A DNA stretch of 64,000 bases from Limisphaerales bacterium (GTDB taxonomy: Bacteria; Verrucomicrobiota; Verrucomicrobiia; Limisphaerales; JBGAJN01). This document shows positions 1 to 10,207 of this stretch, in pieces (position 1 is the stretch's first letter; each line of letters begins with the position of its first letter). The position numbers were made by a program, and so were the translations under genes. The notes beneath the pieces are model-generated. The model was not told the origin of the DNA. It made no database searches and saw only the letters and a list, made by a program, of their open reading frames with translations. The stretch is from contig JBGAJN010000001.1 in assembly GCA_044224905.1 (NCBI GenBank), forward strand, positions 1,159,027-1,223,026, read 5' to 3'.

Positions 1-105
1 AAATTTTTCTTAGCCACGGATTGAACACGGATGAAACACGGATTTCCGGAAAACAGGCCCGGACGTCTCGTCATCTGTGTTCAATCTGTGTTTCATCGGT
101 GACTC
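1..105. repeat. Short-repeat cluster built from 11-bp units (CACGGAT+TGAA/GAAA and its complement). An inverted copy lies at 11-45 and a direct copy at 72-105, giving an imperfect hairpin just 3' of the GxxExxY gene.
   Basis: Read directly. 11-45 is tagccacggattgaacacggatgaaacacggattt and 72-105 is catctgtgttcaatctgtgtttcatcggtgactc. The window may cut off the left end. Confidence 0.8.
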
Positions 106-114
106 AAATCAGGT

Positions 115-492
115 TCAAAATACCATTCGCTTAAATTCGACTTTCGTTCGGCCGAAGTTGATGAGCAGGCCGACTTTGATTCCGGTTGCTTTCAGTTCAT
201 TCAACAATTGCGGCTCATCATCGCTGTTGTAGTTCTTAGCGGTCTTTAATTCGACAACGACCACGTCGTTTACAAAAACGTCCGCCCGGAACTCGCCGAC
301 AATCGCGCCTTTGTAGTTCACTTTGATCGGACACTCGATTTCGGCTTTGACCCCAGCGCGCTGTAACTCCACTTGCAACGCCTTCTGATAAACGCTTTCG
401 AGAAACCCGTAGCCGAGCACGCGATACACCTCGAACGCTGCGCCGATGATCTTCTCGGTCACGTCCGAATGTTGCATTTCGACCTGCATCAT
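115..492 (-). CDS. GxxExxY protein (small PD-(D/E)XK nuclease-like family)
   Basis: 125-aa ORF. The family signature GFLESVY (GxxExxY) sits near the N-terminus, and the ELK...LLINF core is typical of the family. The start codon lies inside the right-hand repeat. Confidence 0.85.
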   Translation of the reverse strand: MMQVEMQHSDVTEKIIGAAFEVYRVLGYGFLESVYQKALQVELQRAGVKAEIECPIKVNYKGAIVGEFRADVFVNDVVVVELKTAKNYNSDDEPQLLNELKATGIKVGLLINFGRTKVEFKRMVF

Positions 493-527
493 CTGTGTTC
501 AATCCGTGTTTCATCCGTGGCTAAAAA

Positions 528-530
<3 letters not shown>
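490..530. repeat. Right-hand copy of the 11-bp-unit repeat plus an A/T tail. It ends on the sufB stop codon.
   Basis: 490-523 (catctgtgttcaatccgtgtttcatccgtggcta) matches 72-105 at 30 of 34 positions by hand alignment. It is the inverted form of 11-45 with the unit order swapped. The aaaaatt tail mirrors aaattttt at 1-8. Confidence 0.8.
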
Positions 531-1976
<1,446 letters not shown>

Positions 1977-2023
1977 GAAAAATGGGTTTTGAGGTTCGCA
2001 ACGCGCGACGCGGAAAATGGTTT

Positions 2024-2470
2024 CTACTTTTTCTTTTTCGAGGCGCAGTCCGGGCAATGGCCGCGGAAAGCAATCTCGTAACGGTCGGGCTTGAAGCCGG
2101 CGGGCAGCTTGATCAGTGGCTCGTGCACGCTCGACGGCGCGTCGATGTCGAAAGCGCCGCCGCATTCCACGCAGTAAAAGTGATGGTGCTCCATCATGTT
2201 CGAGCAATAGCGCGTGGCGCCCTTGTCGTGGTTCACGAGGCGGACGAGCTTCGATTGCACGAGCGCGTCAAGGCAGTTGTAAACCGTCGCCATCGAGATT
2301 TCGGGCAGATCCTTCTTGGCGCGGATGAAAACTTCCTCGGCCGTAGGATGGTCGCGCTTGGCGCGAAGCGTCTTGTAGACGTGCAACCGCTGCGGCGTCG
2401 CGCGGAAGCCGCTCTTCTCGAGCTGCTCGGCAAGCGGCTCGTCGGCGTGGAGTTCTTTGACAGCACTCAT
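2024..2470 (-). CDS. Fur-family metalloregulator (Fur/PerR-like)
   Basis: 148 aa with a winged-helix N-terminus, an [10 protein letters not shown] motif and a C-terminal CPDC motif (structural Zn site). It lies 47 nt upstream of sufB on the same strand. Confidence 0.85.
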   Translation of the reverse strand: MSAVKELHADEPLAEQLEKSGFRATPQRLHVYKTLRAKRDHPTAEEVFIRAKKDLPEISMATVYNCLDALVQSKLVRLVNHDKGATRYCSNMMEHHHFYCVECGGAFDIDAPSSVHEPLIKLPAGFKPDRYEIAFRGHCPDCASKKKK

Positions 2471-2508
2471 GGCAGAGAAAGGCTAGCGTCGCCTGAGAAG
2501 CTGTCAAC

Positions 2509-2527
2509 ATTTAGAATAATTCTAAAT
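2509..2527. promoter_or_regulatory. Perfect 9-1-9 palindrome ATTTAGAAT-A-ATTCTAAAT (7-1-7 core TTAGAAT-A-ATTCTAA), a candidate Fur/PerR-type operator
   Basis: Read directly in the divergent intergenic region between the fur-like gene and the PSCyt gene. On the minus strand it abuts a TTGACA hexamer (complement of 2503-2508). The architecture matches the 7-1-7 Fur-family boxes. Confidence 0.6.
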
Positions 2528-2703
2528 ATCGGCGAGTTGCGGAAAGTTGTCGGTGGTTTGCTGCCGGAGCCAGAGTAACTTGCTCGCAACGCCCAGCGAG
2601 CTCGCGCCATCCTCTTTTGCCAGCCCGAAAGGGCTAATGACACCGCTGCTGAATTGTGGGTAACTTGAACACCGTCGAAACCACTGTGAACAAACGTTGT
2701 AAG

Positions 2704-5700
2704 ATGCACGCTGCTTTCCGCTCCGCGCAGGCCGCTCTCGCTGTGGCTTGTTGTTCCGTTTCAGTGTCCGCCGCGACCAGCGATGCCGAACTTTTCGAAC
2801 TCAAAGTCCAGCCCATCCTGCGCGAGCATTGTTTCAAGTGCCACAGCCACGGCGCGGAGAGAATCAAGGGCGGCCTCGTCATGGATTCCGCCAGCGCGCT
2901 GCTCACCGGCGGCGATACGGGACCGGCGATCGTGCCCGGTCAGCCGGAAAAAAGCCTGCTAATCACGGCAATCAAGCAGACCGGCGAACTCAAAATGCCC
3001 GCCAAGGCGAACAAACTTTCCGACGACGATATCGCGGTAATCGAACAGTGGATCAAAGCGGGCGCGCCGGCTCCCGCGTCGAAAGCAGTCGCCGGCTCCA
3101 CGTCGTCCACGCTTCCCAACGGTCCCGCGAAGCGCGTCGGTAAAATCACGGACGAAGACCGTAAATGGTGGGCGTATCAGTCGCTGAAGCCGGTCACTCC
3201 CCCGACGGTGAAGAATTCCAAGTGGGCGCGTAACGATTCCGACCGGTTCGTCCTCGCACGTCTTGAATCCGAGGGGCTCCAGCCCGCCGCCGAAGCGCCG
3301 CGCGCGATTCTGATTCGCCGGCTCTATTTCGATCTTTGGGGTCTGCCGCCAACGCCTGCCGATGTGGACGCGTTCGTGAACGACAAGTCCGCCGACGCTT
3401 ACGACAAGCTGGTGGACAAGCTCCTTGCCTCATCGCATTACGGCGAACGTTGGGCGCGCTACTGGCTCGACCTCGTGCGTTACGCCGACTCAGACGGCTA
3501 CCGCCTAGATTCCTTCCGCCCGAATGCGTGGCGTTATCGCGACTACGTGATCAACGCGCTCAACACCGACAAGCCCTACGACCGTTTCATCAAGGAACAA
3601 CTCGCCGGCGACGAACTCTTCCCCGGCGACCCCGAGGCGACCATCGCGACCGGCTACCTCTGCCACTGGATTTACGAATACAACAACCGCGACGCCGAAG
3701 GTCAGTGGAAGAACATTATGATCGATATCACCGACACTACAGGTGACGTTTTCCTCGGCGCGGGCTTGCAATGCGCGCGTTGCCACGACCACAAGTTCGA
3801 TCCGATCTTGCAGAAGGATTACTTCGCGTTGCAGGCGTTCTTTTCCGGAATTCTGCCCCACGAAGAAACCGTTGCCGCCACCGCCGCCCAACGCGCTGAC
3901 CACGCAGCGCGCTCGAAGGCTTGGAATGAAAAGACCGCCAGCATCCGCAAGCAAATCGAGGCCATCGAAGCGAAGCACAAGAAGAGTGCGGAAAAGAGCG
4001 CGGTCGAAAAGTTCCCCGAGGAAGTGCAGGCCATGATGCGCAAGCCCGCCGCCGAGCGCACGCCATACGAACATCAGGTCGCGGAGCTCGCCTATCGCCA
4101 GGTCACTTACGAATACGCACGTCTCGATTCGCGCTTGAAGGGCGAGGAGAAGGAAAAATATCTCGCGCTAAAAAAACAACTCGCCGAACACGACAAGCTC
4201 AAGCCCGCGCCCTTGCCGATCGCGCTGGCCGCGACCGACCTCGGCCCGAACGCCGCGTCGGTGACGATTCCGAAGAAGGGCAACACGCCGATCGAACCCG
4301 CGTTCCTCACGGTGCTCGGCGACGTGAAGCCGAACATCAAGCCGCTGCCCAATTCCACCGGCCGCCGCACCGCGCTCGCCGAATGGCTCACTCAGCCGGA
4401 CAATCCGTTCACCGCGCGCGTGGTCGTGAATCGCGTCTGGCAACAACACTTCGGTCGCGGTCTCGCGGCCAACGCGAGCGACTTCGGCAAGCTCGGCGAA
4501 AAGCCGTCACATCCGGAATTGCTCGATTGGCTCGCGACGCGATTCGTCGCCGACGGCTGGAGCTTGAAGAAGTTGCACAAGCTCATCGTGACCTCCGCGA
4601 CATATCGGCAGGCGTCGAAGAACACCAATGCCGACACCGCAAAATTGAAGGACCCCGAGAATCGTTTGCTCTGGCGCGCCAACACGCGCCGGCTCGAGGC
4701 GGAGCAGATTCGCGACGCGGTTTATTCCGTTACCGGCGAACTCGACGAGAAGGCCGGCGGTCCCGGTTCGAACTTCAGCGAGCCGCGCCGCAGCATTTAC
4801 TGCAAGTTCCTCCGCAACACGCGCGATCCGCTCATCGACGTGTTCGACGCGCCGTTCTGGTTCACCAGCGCGTCGAGCCGCGACACGACCACGACGCCCG
4901 TGCAGTCGCTGCTCTTGATCAACAGCCAGTTTATGCTCCAACGCGCTAAAGCGCTCGCCGGCCGTTTGGAGAAGGACGCCTCGATGGACGATGCGAAGCT
5001 GATCGAGCGCGCCTATCAACTCACCTTTGGTCGCGCACCGAAACCGGCCGAGACGGAAGCCGCGATAAGATTTCTCCGCGAACAGCCTTCACGCATCGAC
5101 ACCGAGCGCGCCAGTTCCGCGAAGGCCGCGTTCCTCTACGACAAAATTCCTTACCGCGACGGCCAGGCCGCCATCATGTCGCTCGAAGGCGCACAAAGCC
5201 GCTTCGAAGTGCCGGACAACGAAGCGTTGCCCCACAGCGATTTCACGATCGAATCGTACGTGCTGCTGCGGTCGGTGGATGAGAGCGCCGGCGTGCGCAC
5301 GATTGCTTCGAAGTGGACCGGTTCACCGAAAGAAGGAGGCTGGGGCTTCGGCGTGACGGGCAAGAAATCGCGCCGCAAACCGCAGACGCTCGTGTTGCAG
5401 ATCTACGGCAAGAAACTCGACGGCTCGTTCAGCGAAGAGGCGCTGTTCTCCGATCAGAACATTCAACTCAACAAGCCGTATTACCTCGCGGTGTCCGTGA
5501 AGCTTGCCCGCGACGGCAAGCCCGGCGAAGCGACTTTCTTCGTGAAGGATCTTTCCAACGACGACGAGCCATTGCTCATCGCAAAGCTGCCACACAAGGT
5601 GGCGGGTGGTTTCGAGAATCATCATCCGTTCGCCATCGGCGGCCGCGCGGCGAAGAAGGGCGGAAACTTTGACGGCCTCGTCGACGACGTGCGCCTCTCC

Positions 5701-5937
5701 GACTCCGCGCTCGGCGTGGACCAATTGCTCTTCACGAACGAAGGCATCAACAAGCACACCGTCGGCTATTGGCAATTTGAGGCGAAGCCCGACGTCTTCC
5801 GCGACTCGACTGGGCACGGCCTGAACATCACGCCCGTCGGCTTGGTTTCCAAAGCGAAGACCGATCCGCGCAAGGCCGCTCTCCTGGATTTCTGCCATGT
5901 GCTGCTGAACTCGAACGAATTTCTCTACGTCGAATAA
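2704..5937 (+). CDS. PSCyt1 (heme-c CxxCH) / DUF1549 / DUF1553 protein with a C-terminal LamG-like domain
   Basis: Signal-like N-terminus from the ATG at 2704. CFKCH heme motif at 2830-2844. The DUF1549-type (RRLYFDLWGLPPT) and DUF1553-type (NRVWQQHFGRGL) signatures are present. The C-terminal FDGLVDDVRLS stretch is typical of LamG. Confidence 0.85.
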   Translation: MHAAFRSAQAALAVACCSVSVSAATSDAELFELKVQPILREHCFKCHSHGAERIKGGLVMDSASALLTGGDTGPAIVPGQPEKSLLITAIKQTGELKMPAKANKLSDDDIAVIEQWIKAGAPAPASKAVAGSTSSTLPNGPAKRVGKITDEDRKWWAYQSLKPVTPPTVKNSKWARNDSDRFVLARLESEGLQPAAEAPRAILIRRLYFDLWGLPPTPADVDAFVNDKSADAYDKLVDKLLASSHYGERWARYWLDLVRYADSDGYRLDSFRPNAWRYRDYVINALNTDKPYDRFIKEQLAGDELFPGDPEATIATGYLCHWIYEYNNRDAEGQWKNIMIDITDTTGDVFLGAGLQCARCHDHKFDPILQKDYFALQAFFSGILPHEETVAATAAQRADHAARSKAWNEKTASIRKQIEAIEAKHKKSAEKSAVEKFPEEVQAMMRKPAAERTPYEHQVAELAYRQVTYEYARLDSRLKGEEKEKYLALKKQLAEHDKLKPAPLPIALAATDLGPNAASVTIPKKGNTPIEPAFLTVLGDVKPNIKPLPNSTGRRTALAEWLTQPDNPFTARVVVNRVWQQHFGRGLAANASDFGKLGEKPSHPELLDWLATRFVADGWSLKKLHKLIVTSATYRQASKNTNADTAKLKDPENRLLWRANTRRLEAEQIRDAVYSVTGELDEKAGGPGSNFSEPRRSIYCKFLRNTRDPLIDVFDAPFWFTSASSRDTTTTPVQSLLLINSQFMLQRAKALAGRLEKDASMDDAKLIERAYQLTFGRAPKPAETEAAIRFLREQPSRIDTERASSAKAAFLYDKIPYRDGQAAIMSLEGAQSRFEVPDNEALPHSDFTIESYVLLRSVDESAGVRTIASKWTGSPKEGGWGFGVTGKKSRRKPQTLVLQIYGKKLDGSFSEEALFSDQNIQLNKPYYLAVSVKLARDGKPGEATFFVKDLSNDDEPLLIAKLPHKVAGGFENHHPFAIGGRAAKKGGNFDGLVDDVRLSDSALGVDQLLFTNEGINKHTVGYWQFEAKPDVFRDSTGHGLNITPVGLVSKAKTDPRKAALLDFCHVLLNSNEFLYVE

Positions 5938-5951
5938 CTGAACGCGCCGCC

Positions 5952-7403
5952 ATGAAAAACAACTTCGATCCCCGCTGTTTTAAATTCGATCACGCGCAAA
6001 ACCGCCGCGAGTTCCTCGCCAAGACGGGCGGTGGCTTTGGCTCGCTCGCGATGGCGCATTTGCTCGGACAACAAAACGCGTTCGCCAGCAAGACGCCGGT
6101 GAATTCGCCGCTGAATCCGAAGAGGCCGCAGTTTTTGCAGCGCGCGAAGTCGGTAATCTTCCTGTTCATGGAAGGCGGGCCGAGCCAGATGGATTTGTTC
6201 GATCCGAAACCGAACTTGCGCAAATACGCCGGCCAGCCGTTGCCGAAGAGTTTCACCAAGGGCCTCATCACCGCGATGGGCGAGGTCAATTCGCCGATCC
6301 TCGCCGACAAGCGCGAGTGGAAGCAACATGGCCAAAGCGGCCTGTGGGTTTCCGACTGGCTCCCGCACACCGCGGGCATGGCCGACGAAATCGCCGTCAT
6401 CCGTTCGTGCGTCGCCGACGGCATCAATCACTCGGCCGGCGTCTGCCAGATGAACACCGGCTCGATCCTCGGCGGGCGCCCGTCGCTCGGCGCGTGGGTC
6501 AGTTACGGCCTCGGCACAGAGAACACCGACCTGCCGGCATTCGTCGTGATGCAGGACAACCAGTCCAGCGTCGTGAATGGCCCGCGCAATTGGAGCGCCG
6601 GTTTCATGCCCGCGCTTTATCAGGGCATCCGCATCCAGGGCGGCAACGAGCCGATTCCCAACCTCAATACACCCGAAGGTGTCACGCCCTCGCAGCAACG
6701 CGGCAAGCTCGATTTCCTCAACTCGATGAACCGGCAATACGCCGACGCGCATCCGGACCAGAGCGAACTCGAAGCGCGCATTGCCAGTTACGAACTCGCC
6801 TTCCGCATGCAGGCCGAAGCACCGGGCGCCGTCGACATCGCCGACGAGTCCGAAGCGACTAAGAAGATTTACGGCATGGACCAGAAGGACACCGCCACGA
6901 TGGGCCGCCTCTGCCTGCTCGCGCGCCGCATGGTCGAACGCGGCACGCGCTTCGTGCAGGTCTATCACGGCGCGGGCAGCAAATGGGACGCGCACAGCAA
7001 GATTGAATCGAACCATTCCAACCTCTGCGCCGCGATGGATAAACCCGTTGCCGGTCTGCTGCGTGATTTAAAATCCCGCGGCCTCCTCGACGAAACGCTC
7101 GTCGTGTGGGGCGGAGAATTCGGCCGCACGCCGATGAGTGAAAAAGGCGACGGCCGCGACCATAACCCAACCGGCTTTACCATGTGGATGGCTGGCGGCG
7201 GCGTGAAAGGCGGCCAAACCATCGGAACCACCGACGAGTTCGGCCTCTACGCCGTCGAAGATCGCCTGCACGTGCACGACCTGCACGCGACGATCATGTG
7301 GTTGATGGGCATGGACAGCCTCAAAGTCACCTACAACTACAAGGGTCGTCCCGAGAACCCAACCCTCAACGAAGGCGTGGCGTATCGGAAGATTGCCGGG
7401 TAG
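5952..7403 (+). CDS. DUF1501 domain protein (sulfatase-fold, Tat-signal)
   Basis: 483 aa. The NRREFLAKTGGGFGSLA twin-arginine leader and the EFGRTP motif are present. It is the usual partner gene of DUF1549/DUF1553 proteins. Confidence 0.85.
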   Translation: MKNNFDPRCFKFDHAQNRREFLAKTGGGFGSLAMAHLLGQQNAFASKTPVNSPLNPKRPQFLQRAKSVIFLFMEGGPSQMDLFDPKPNLRKYAGQPLPKSFTKGLITAMGEVNSPILADKREWKQHGQSGLWVSDWLPHTAGMADEIAVIRSCVADGINHSAGVCQMNTGSILGGRPSLGAWVSYGLGTENTDLPAFVVMQDNQSSVVNGPRNWSAGFMPALYQGIRIQGGNEPIPNLNTPEGVTPSQQRGKLDFLNSMNRQYADAHPDQSELEARIASYELAFRMQAEAPGAVDIADESEATKKIYGMDQKDTATMGRLCLLARRMVERGTRFVQVYHGAGSKWDAHSKIESNHSNLCAAMDKPVAGLLRDLKSRGLLDETLVVWGGEFGRTPMSEKGDGRDHNPTGFTMWMAGGGVKGGQTIGTTDEFGLYAVEDRLHVHDLHATIMWLMGMDSLKVTYNYKGRPENPTLNEGVAYRKIAG

Positions 7404-9408
7404 GCGATCGCTGGGTGGTCGTGCCCGCTGAAGCGGTTCGGCGGTATACCGATCGACCACGCACAAGCAACACCGCCGCACCCAATCCAACGAGCACCAC
7501 CGTCGCCGGTTCCGGCACACCGACCGGCACCAATTCACCTGTGCTCAGTAGGATCGCGCCAGGGGCGTAGCCTTCGAACTGCACGTCGGCGAGGAAGGCG
7601 GCGGTGACGCTGTTCGTTGTGGTGATCAAGAATTCATCCGTGCCGCCGCCGATGCCGGGCGTACCTTCCCAATTTGAAATGTGCAAAAGATTGCCGGCGG
7701 CGTGCGCGGCGAGGTCGCTGAAGGAAAGAATCTGTGCCGTGCCCAAGGGACCGAAATCAACGATCGATTCCGCCGTTTGCGACAGCCCGCCGAGGCTCGG
7801 TCCTTGCGTATTCCCTTCCAGCGCGAAGGTGCCGCCGACCAGAAACACAGGCGTGCCCGTCGCGAGCGCATCATTCGTGCCTGCTTGCAAACGACCACCG
7901 CTCTGGATGCTCAAACCGAGAGCGCTGGTCACCATGCCGCCGTTGAGGAATACCGTCGCATTGGAACGAACCGTCAAGCCGGCACTGAGGAAGTGCCCGT
8001 TGGTGCCTTCGAGGATGAGGCTCGCGCTGCCGGAACCATTTCCAACGACGAAGGCGCTGCCGTTTATGTTTGTCAAACCACGCGTGCGGAAGATGCCATT
8101 ATTGAACTGCATCACTCCCGCAACATTGGTTATCACCAAACGATCGGCGTTGATGCTTCCGCCGTTGAATATCAGACTCCCACGCCGAACGTCGAGCCTG
8201 CCTCCGACTGCGGCGTTGGTTACCGTAAGGAATCCGTCGCTAACGCGCACGATGTTTGCAGTTGCACTTGGTCCCCCGCTGGTCGCGAGACCGGTTGCTG
8301 TCACGGTGGCGCCATTACTCACCGTCAGTTGGTTGCCGCTGGTAGAGGCGCCCGAGGCTCCAAGGGTTATGGTGTTCAAACTATTCCAAACAGCGCCTGT
8401 GCCGGTGACCAGCACGGCTGCGTTAGTGGCTCCGCTTCCGATCGTGCTGGCCCCCGAGGTGGTCAGCGCGTAATTGCTGATGACAAGTTGCGTTCCCACG
8501 CTGCGGGCATTGCCGACCGTCAAACTTGCGAGCCGGTTTGAAACGAATTGAAACTGGTTCGTCGTGAAATCATTCAGGGCATAGCCGCCGGCGGAATTGG
8601 TCATGTAAAAGACGGTGTTGTTCTCTCCCAGAACCAAGTTGCCGATGTTGGTGAGCGCAGACGTGGCATCAATGGTTATGGTGTTCCCATTTGCCGCGAT
8701 GCCCCACGTCAACGTTGAACCCCGCAGGTTCCAGGTAGAGCCGGAAAGCAGCGTCACGTTGTTGTTGATCGAGTTGGTCCCGCCCAGCGTCAACCCGCGG
8801 CTGTCGAGCGTCCCGCCGATCGCCAGCACACTGTTGCCCGCTGCGGAATACCCCGCTGCAGGAGCGAAGTTGACGCCAAGAAAAACCGCGTTGCTCACCG
8901 ACACCTGGCCGCCATCCGTCACCACTAATTGATGGGAGCCAAAAAAGTCACCAATCCTGAGGAAGCTGGAATTCGTCCAGAGTGAGCCGGCACCTGTAAC
9001 CAGGACGGAATTGCTCATGCCACCCCGGCCGATGATTCCTGAAGCACTGGCCACTCGCGCGCCGTTGGTGACGATCAACCGATTGAAAGCCCCGTCGAAG
9101 CCGACAATTAATTGCCCCGAATTCGTCCAGAACGATCCCGGGTTACTCACAATCACTGTGTTGCTGTTTCCCCCACCGCCGATCGTGGCGCTGCTGTTCG
9201 CTACGATCCCAGAATTGTTAATGATTAAGAGAGTAGAATCTCCATTGGTTCCCACCGTCAACGGTCCGCCCACCGTCGTTACGCCTCCCGAAATTATATT
9301 CGTCTGCCCATCGGCGACGAGTTGGGCGGAGGCGGTGGCGGTGAGCAGCGCGAGGGACGCGGCGAGGGCGGTGAGAGTCCGGGCGATGAATGAATGGGTG
9401 GTATTCAT
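7366..9408 (-). CDS. Secreted repeat protein with autotransporter-associated beta-strand repeats and a PEP-CTERM sorting signal
   Basis: 680 aa with a signal peptide (ASLALLTATASA). The body is G/T/N/S-rich beta-helix-type repeats. VPEPATVVLVGLGAAVLLVRGR lies near the C-terminus at about 7453-7518. Confidence 0.8.
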   Translation of the reverse strand: MNTTHSFIARTLTALAASLALLTATASAQLVADGQTNIISGGVTTVGGPLTVGTNGDSTLLIINNSGIVANSSATIGGGGNSNTVIVSNPGSFWTNSGQLIVGFDGAFNRLIVTNGARVASASGIIGRGGMSNSVLVTGAGSLWTNSSFLRIGDFFGSHQLVVTDGGQVSVSNAVFLGVNFAPAAGYSAAGNSVLAIGGTLDSRGLTLGGTNSINNNVTLLSGSTWNLRGSTLTWGIAANGNTITIDATSALTNIGNLVLGENNTVFYMTNSAGGYALNDFTTNQFQFVSNRLASLTVGNARSVGTQLVISNYALTTSGASTIGSGATNAAVLVTGTGAVWNSLNTITLGASGASTSGNQLTVSNGATVTATGLATSGGPSATANIVRVSDGFLTVTNAAVGGRLDVRRGSLIFNGGSINADRLVITNVAGVMQFNNGIFRTRGLTNINGSAFVVGNGSGSASLILEGTNGHFLSAGLTVRSNATVFLNGGMVTSALGLSIQSGGRLQAGTNDALATGTPVFLVGGTFALEGNTQGPSLGGLSQTAESIVDFGPLGTAQILSFSDLAAHAAGNLLHISNWEGTPGIGGGTDEFLITTTNSVTAAFLADVQFEGYAPGAILLSTGELVPVGVPEPATVVLVGLGAAVLLVRGRSVYRRTASAGTTTQRSPTRQSSDTPRLR

Positions 9409-9609
9409 AGCATTTCGGTTGGCTTGTAGTCCGTGCTTTAGGAAGCGCGGCTCCGGGTTGTTTTTTCCTTCTGGGACGTTCGGATTAACTCAGGGATGCC
9501 GTCGGATTTCAAGTGAATTCAGAACGGAAGTCGCCACTGTAACGGGCGTGGCAGCCGTGTTCAACGGACCAGCGGAATTGAACAAACGGTCATCCTTTAG
9601 AAATTCGGC

Positions 9610-9631
9610 GGACGGCTGGGGACAGCCGTCC
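9610..9631. repeat. Perfect 9-bp stem hairpin GGACGGCTG-GGGA-CAGCCGTCC
   Basis: Read directly in the noncoding island. Function unknown; it may be a REP-like element. Confidence 0.5.
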
Positions 9632-9794
9632 CTACCTTGGGCGTTGCCGCACGAAGTTCCAAAGGGGCGACGATTCGAGTGTTGGCCGAGACTCGTTCAC
9701 AACGGAACTAAACGGGGTCTAAGCGGGGGTGGTCCCTCTCGGGGTCGAAAATGCTTAAACATATATGGAAAAGCTACTTAGGTGGTAGAATGCT

Positions 9795-10030
9795 CGAGCA
9801 AAATGCTCGGAAACCGGAGCTTCGAGGTCCGAAAGAGGAGCTTTTTGTTCGGAATTCGGAGCGAAAAGGTCGGATTTCGAACCCCAATACTCGGACTTCC
9901 GACCCTTTTGTGTCGGATCATGGAGTTCCGCCCTCGGGATTCCTAGCTCGGAGGTCGGCGTTCGGAGCAATTCACTCGGGCTTCCGACATCCAAGGTGCG
10001 GTCGCCGAGAATTTCGGTCCGGCGTTTGGC
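9795..10030. repeat. Degenerate low-complexity tract rich in TCGGA/TCCGA words (for example TTCGGAATTCGGA at 9848-9860)
   Basis: At least 12 TCGGA/TCCGA occurrences in about 230 bp, counted by eye. There is no regular period and no credible ORF. Confidence 0.6.
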
Positions 10031-10207
10031 CACGATTTTGGGCGGGCCGAATTTCATCGTAGATGAGTTCAGGCGATCTTCGCTGAGCCAGTGCTCGTTT
10101 CGAAAATGCGTCTCCGGCATTGAACCGCACCGCGCGAATTCCACTCGAATCGGAACTCAGGCTTCCCATTTGGTTCCCCCACACTTACTCTTCCGCGAAA
10201 TTTTTGA

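Noticed and set aside
1977-2207. 77-codon N-terminal extension of the SufB ORF as listed in the ORF track
   Set aside because: The extension overlaps the Fur-family gene in another frame and is Arg-rich nonsense. Canonical SufB sequence begins at the internal ATG at 1976.
7366-9408. Classical type V autotransporter
   Set aside because: It has passenger-like beta-strand repeats, but the C-terminus is a PEP-CTERM signal rather than a beta-barrel translocator domain of about 250-300 aa.
9795-10030. Possible CRISPR array or tandem repeat
   Set aside because: There is no constant repeat length and no regular repeat-spacer period. Only short 5-6-nt words recur at irregular spacing, and no cas genes are present in the window.
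9751-10144. ORFs of 103 aa (+) and 129 aa (-) within the TCGGA-rich tract as possible small proteins
   Set aside because: Both frames are open only because of the repetitive TCGGA/TCCGA composition. The translations are Ser/Glu/Arg/Pro low-complexity strings with no start-site context.
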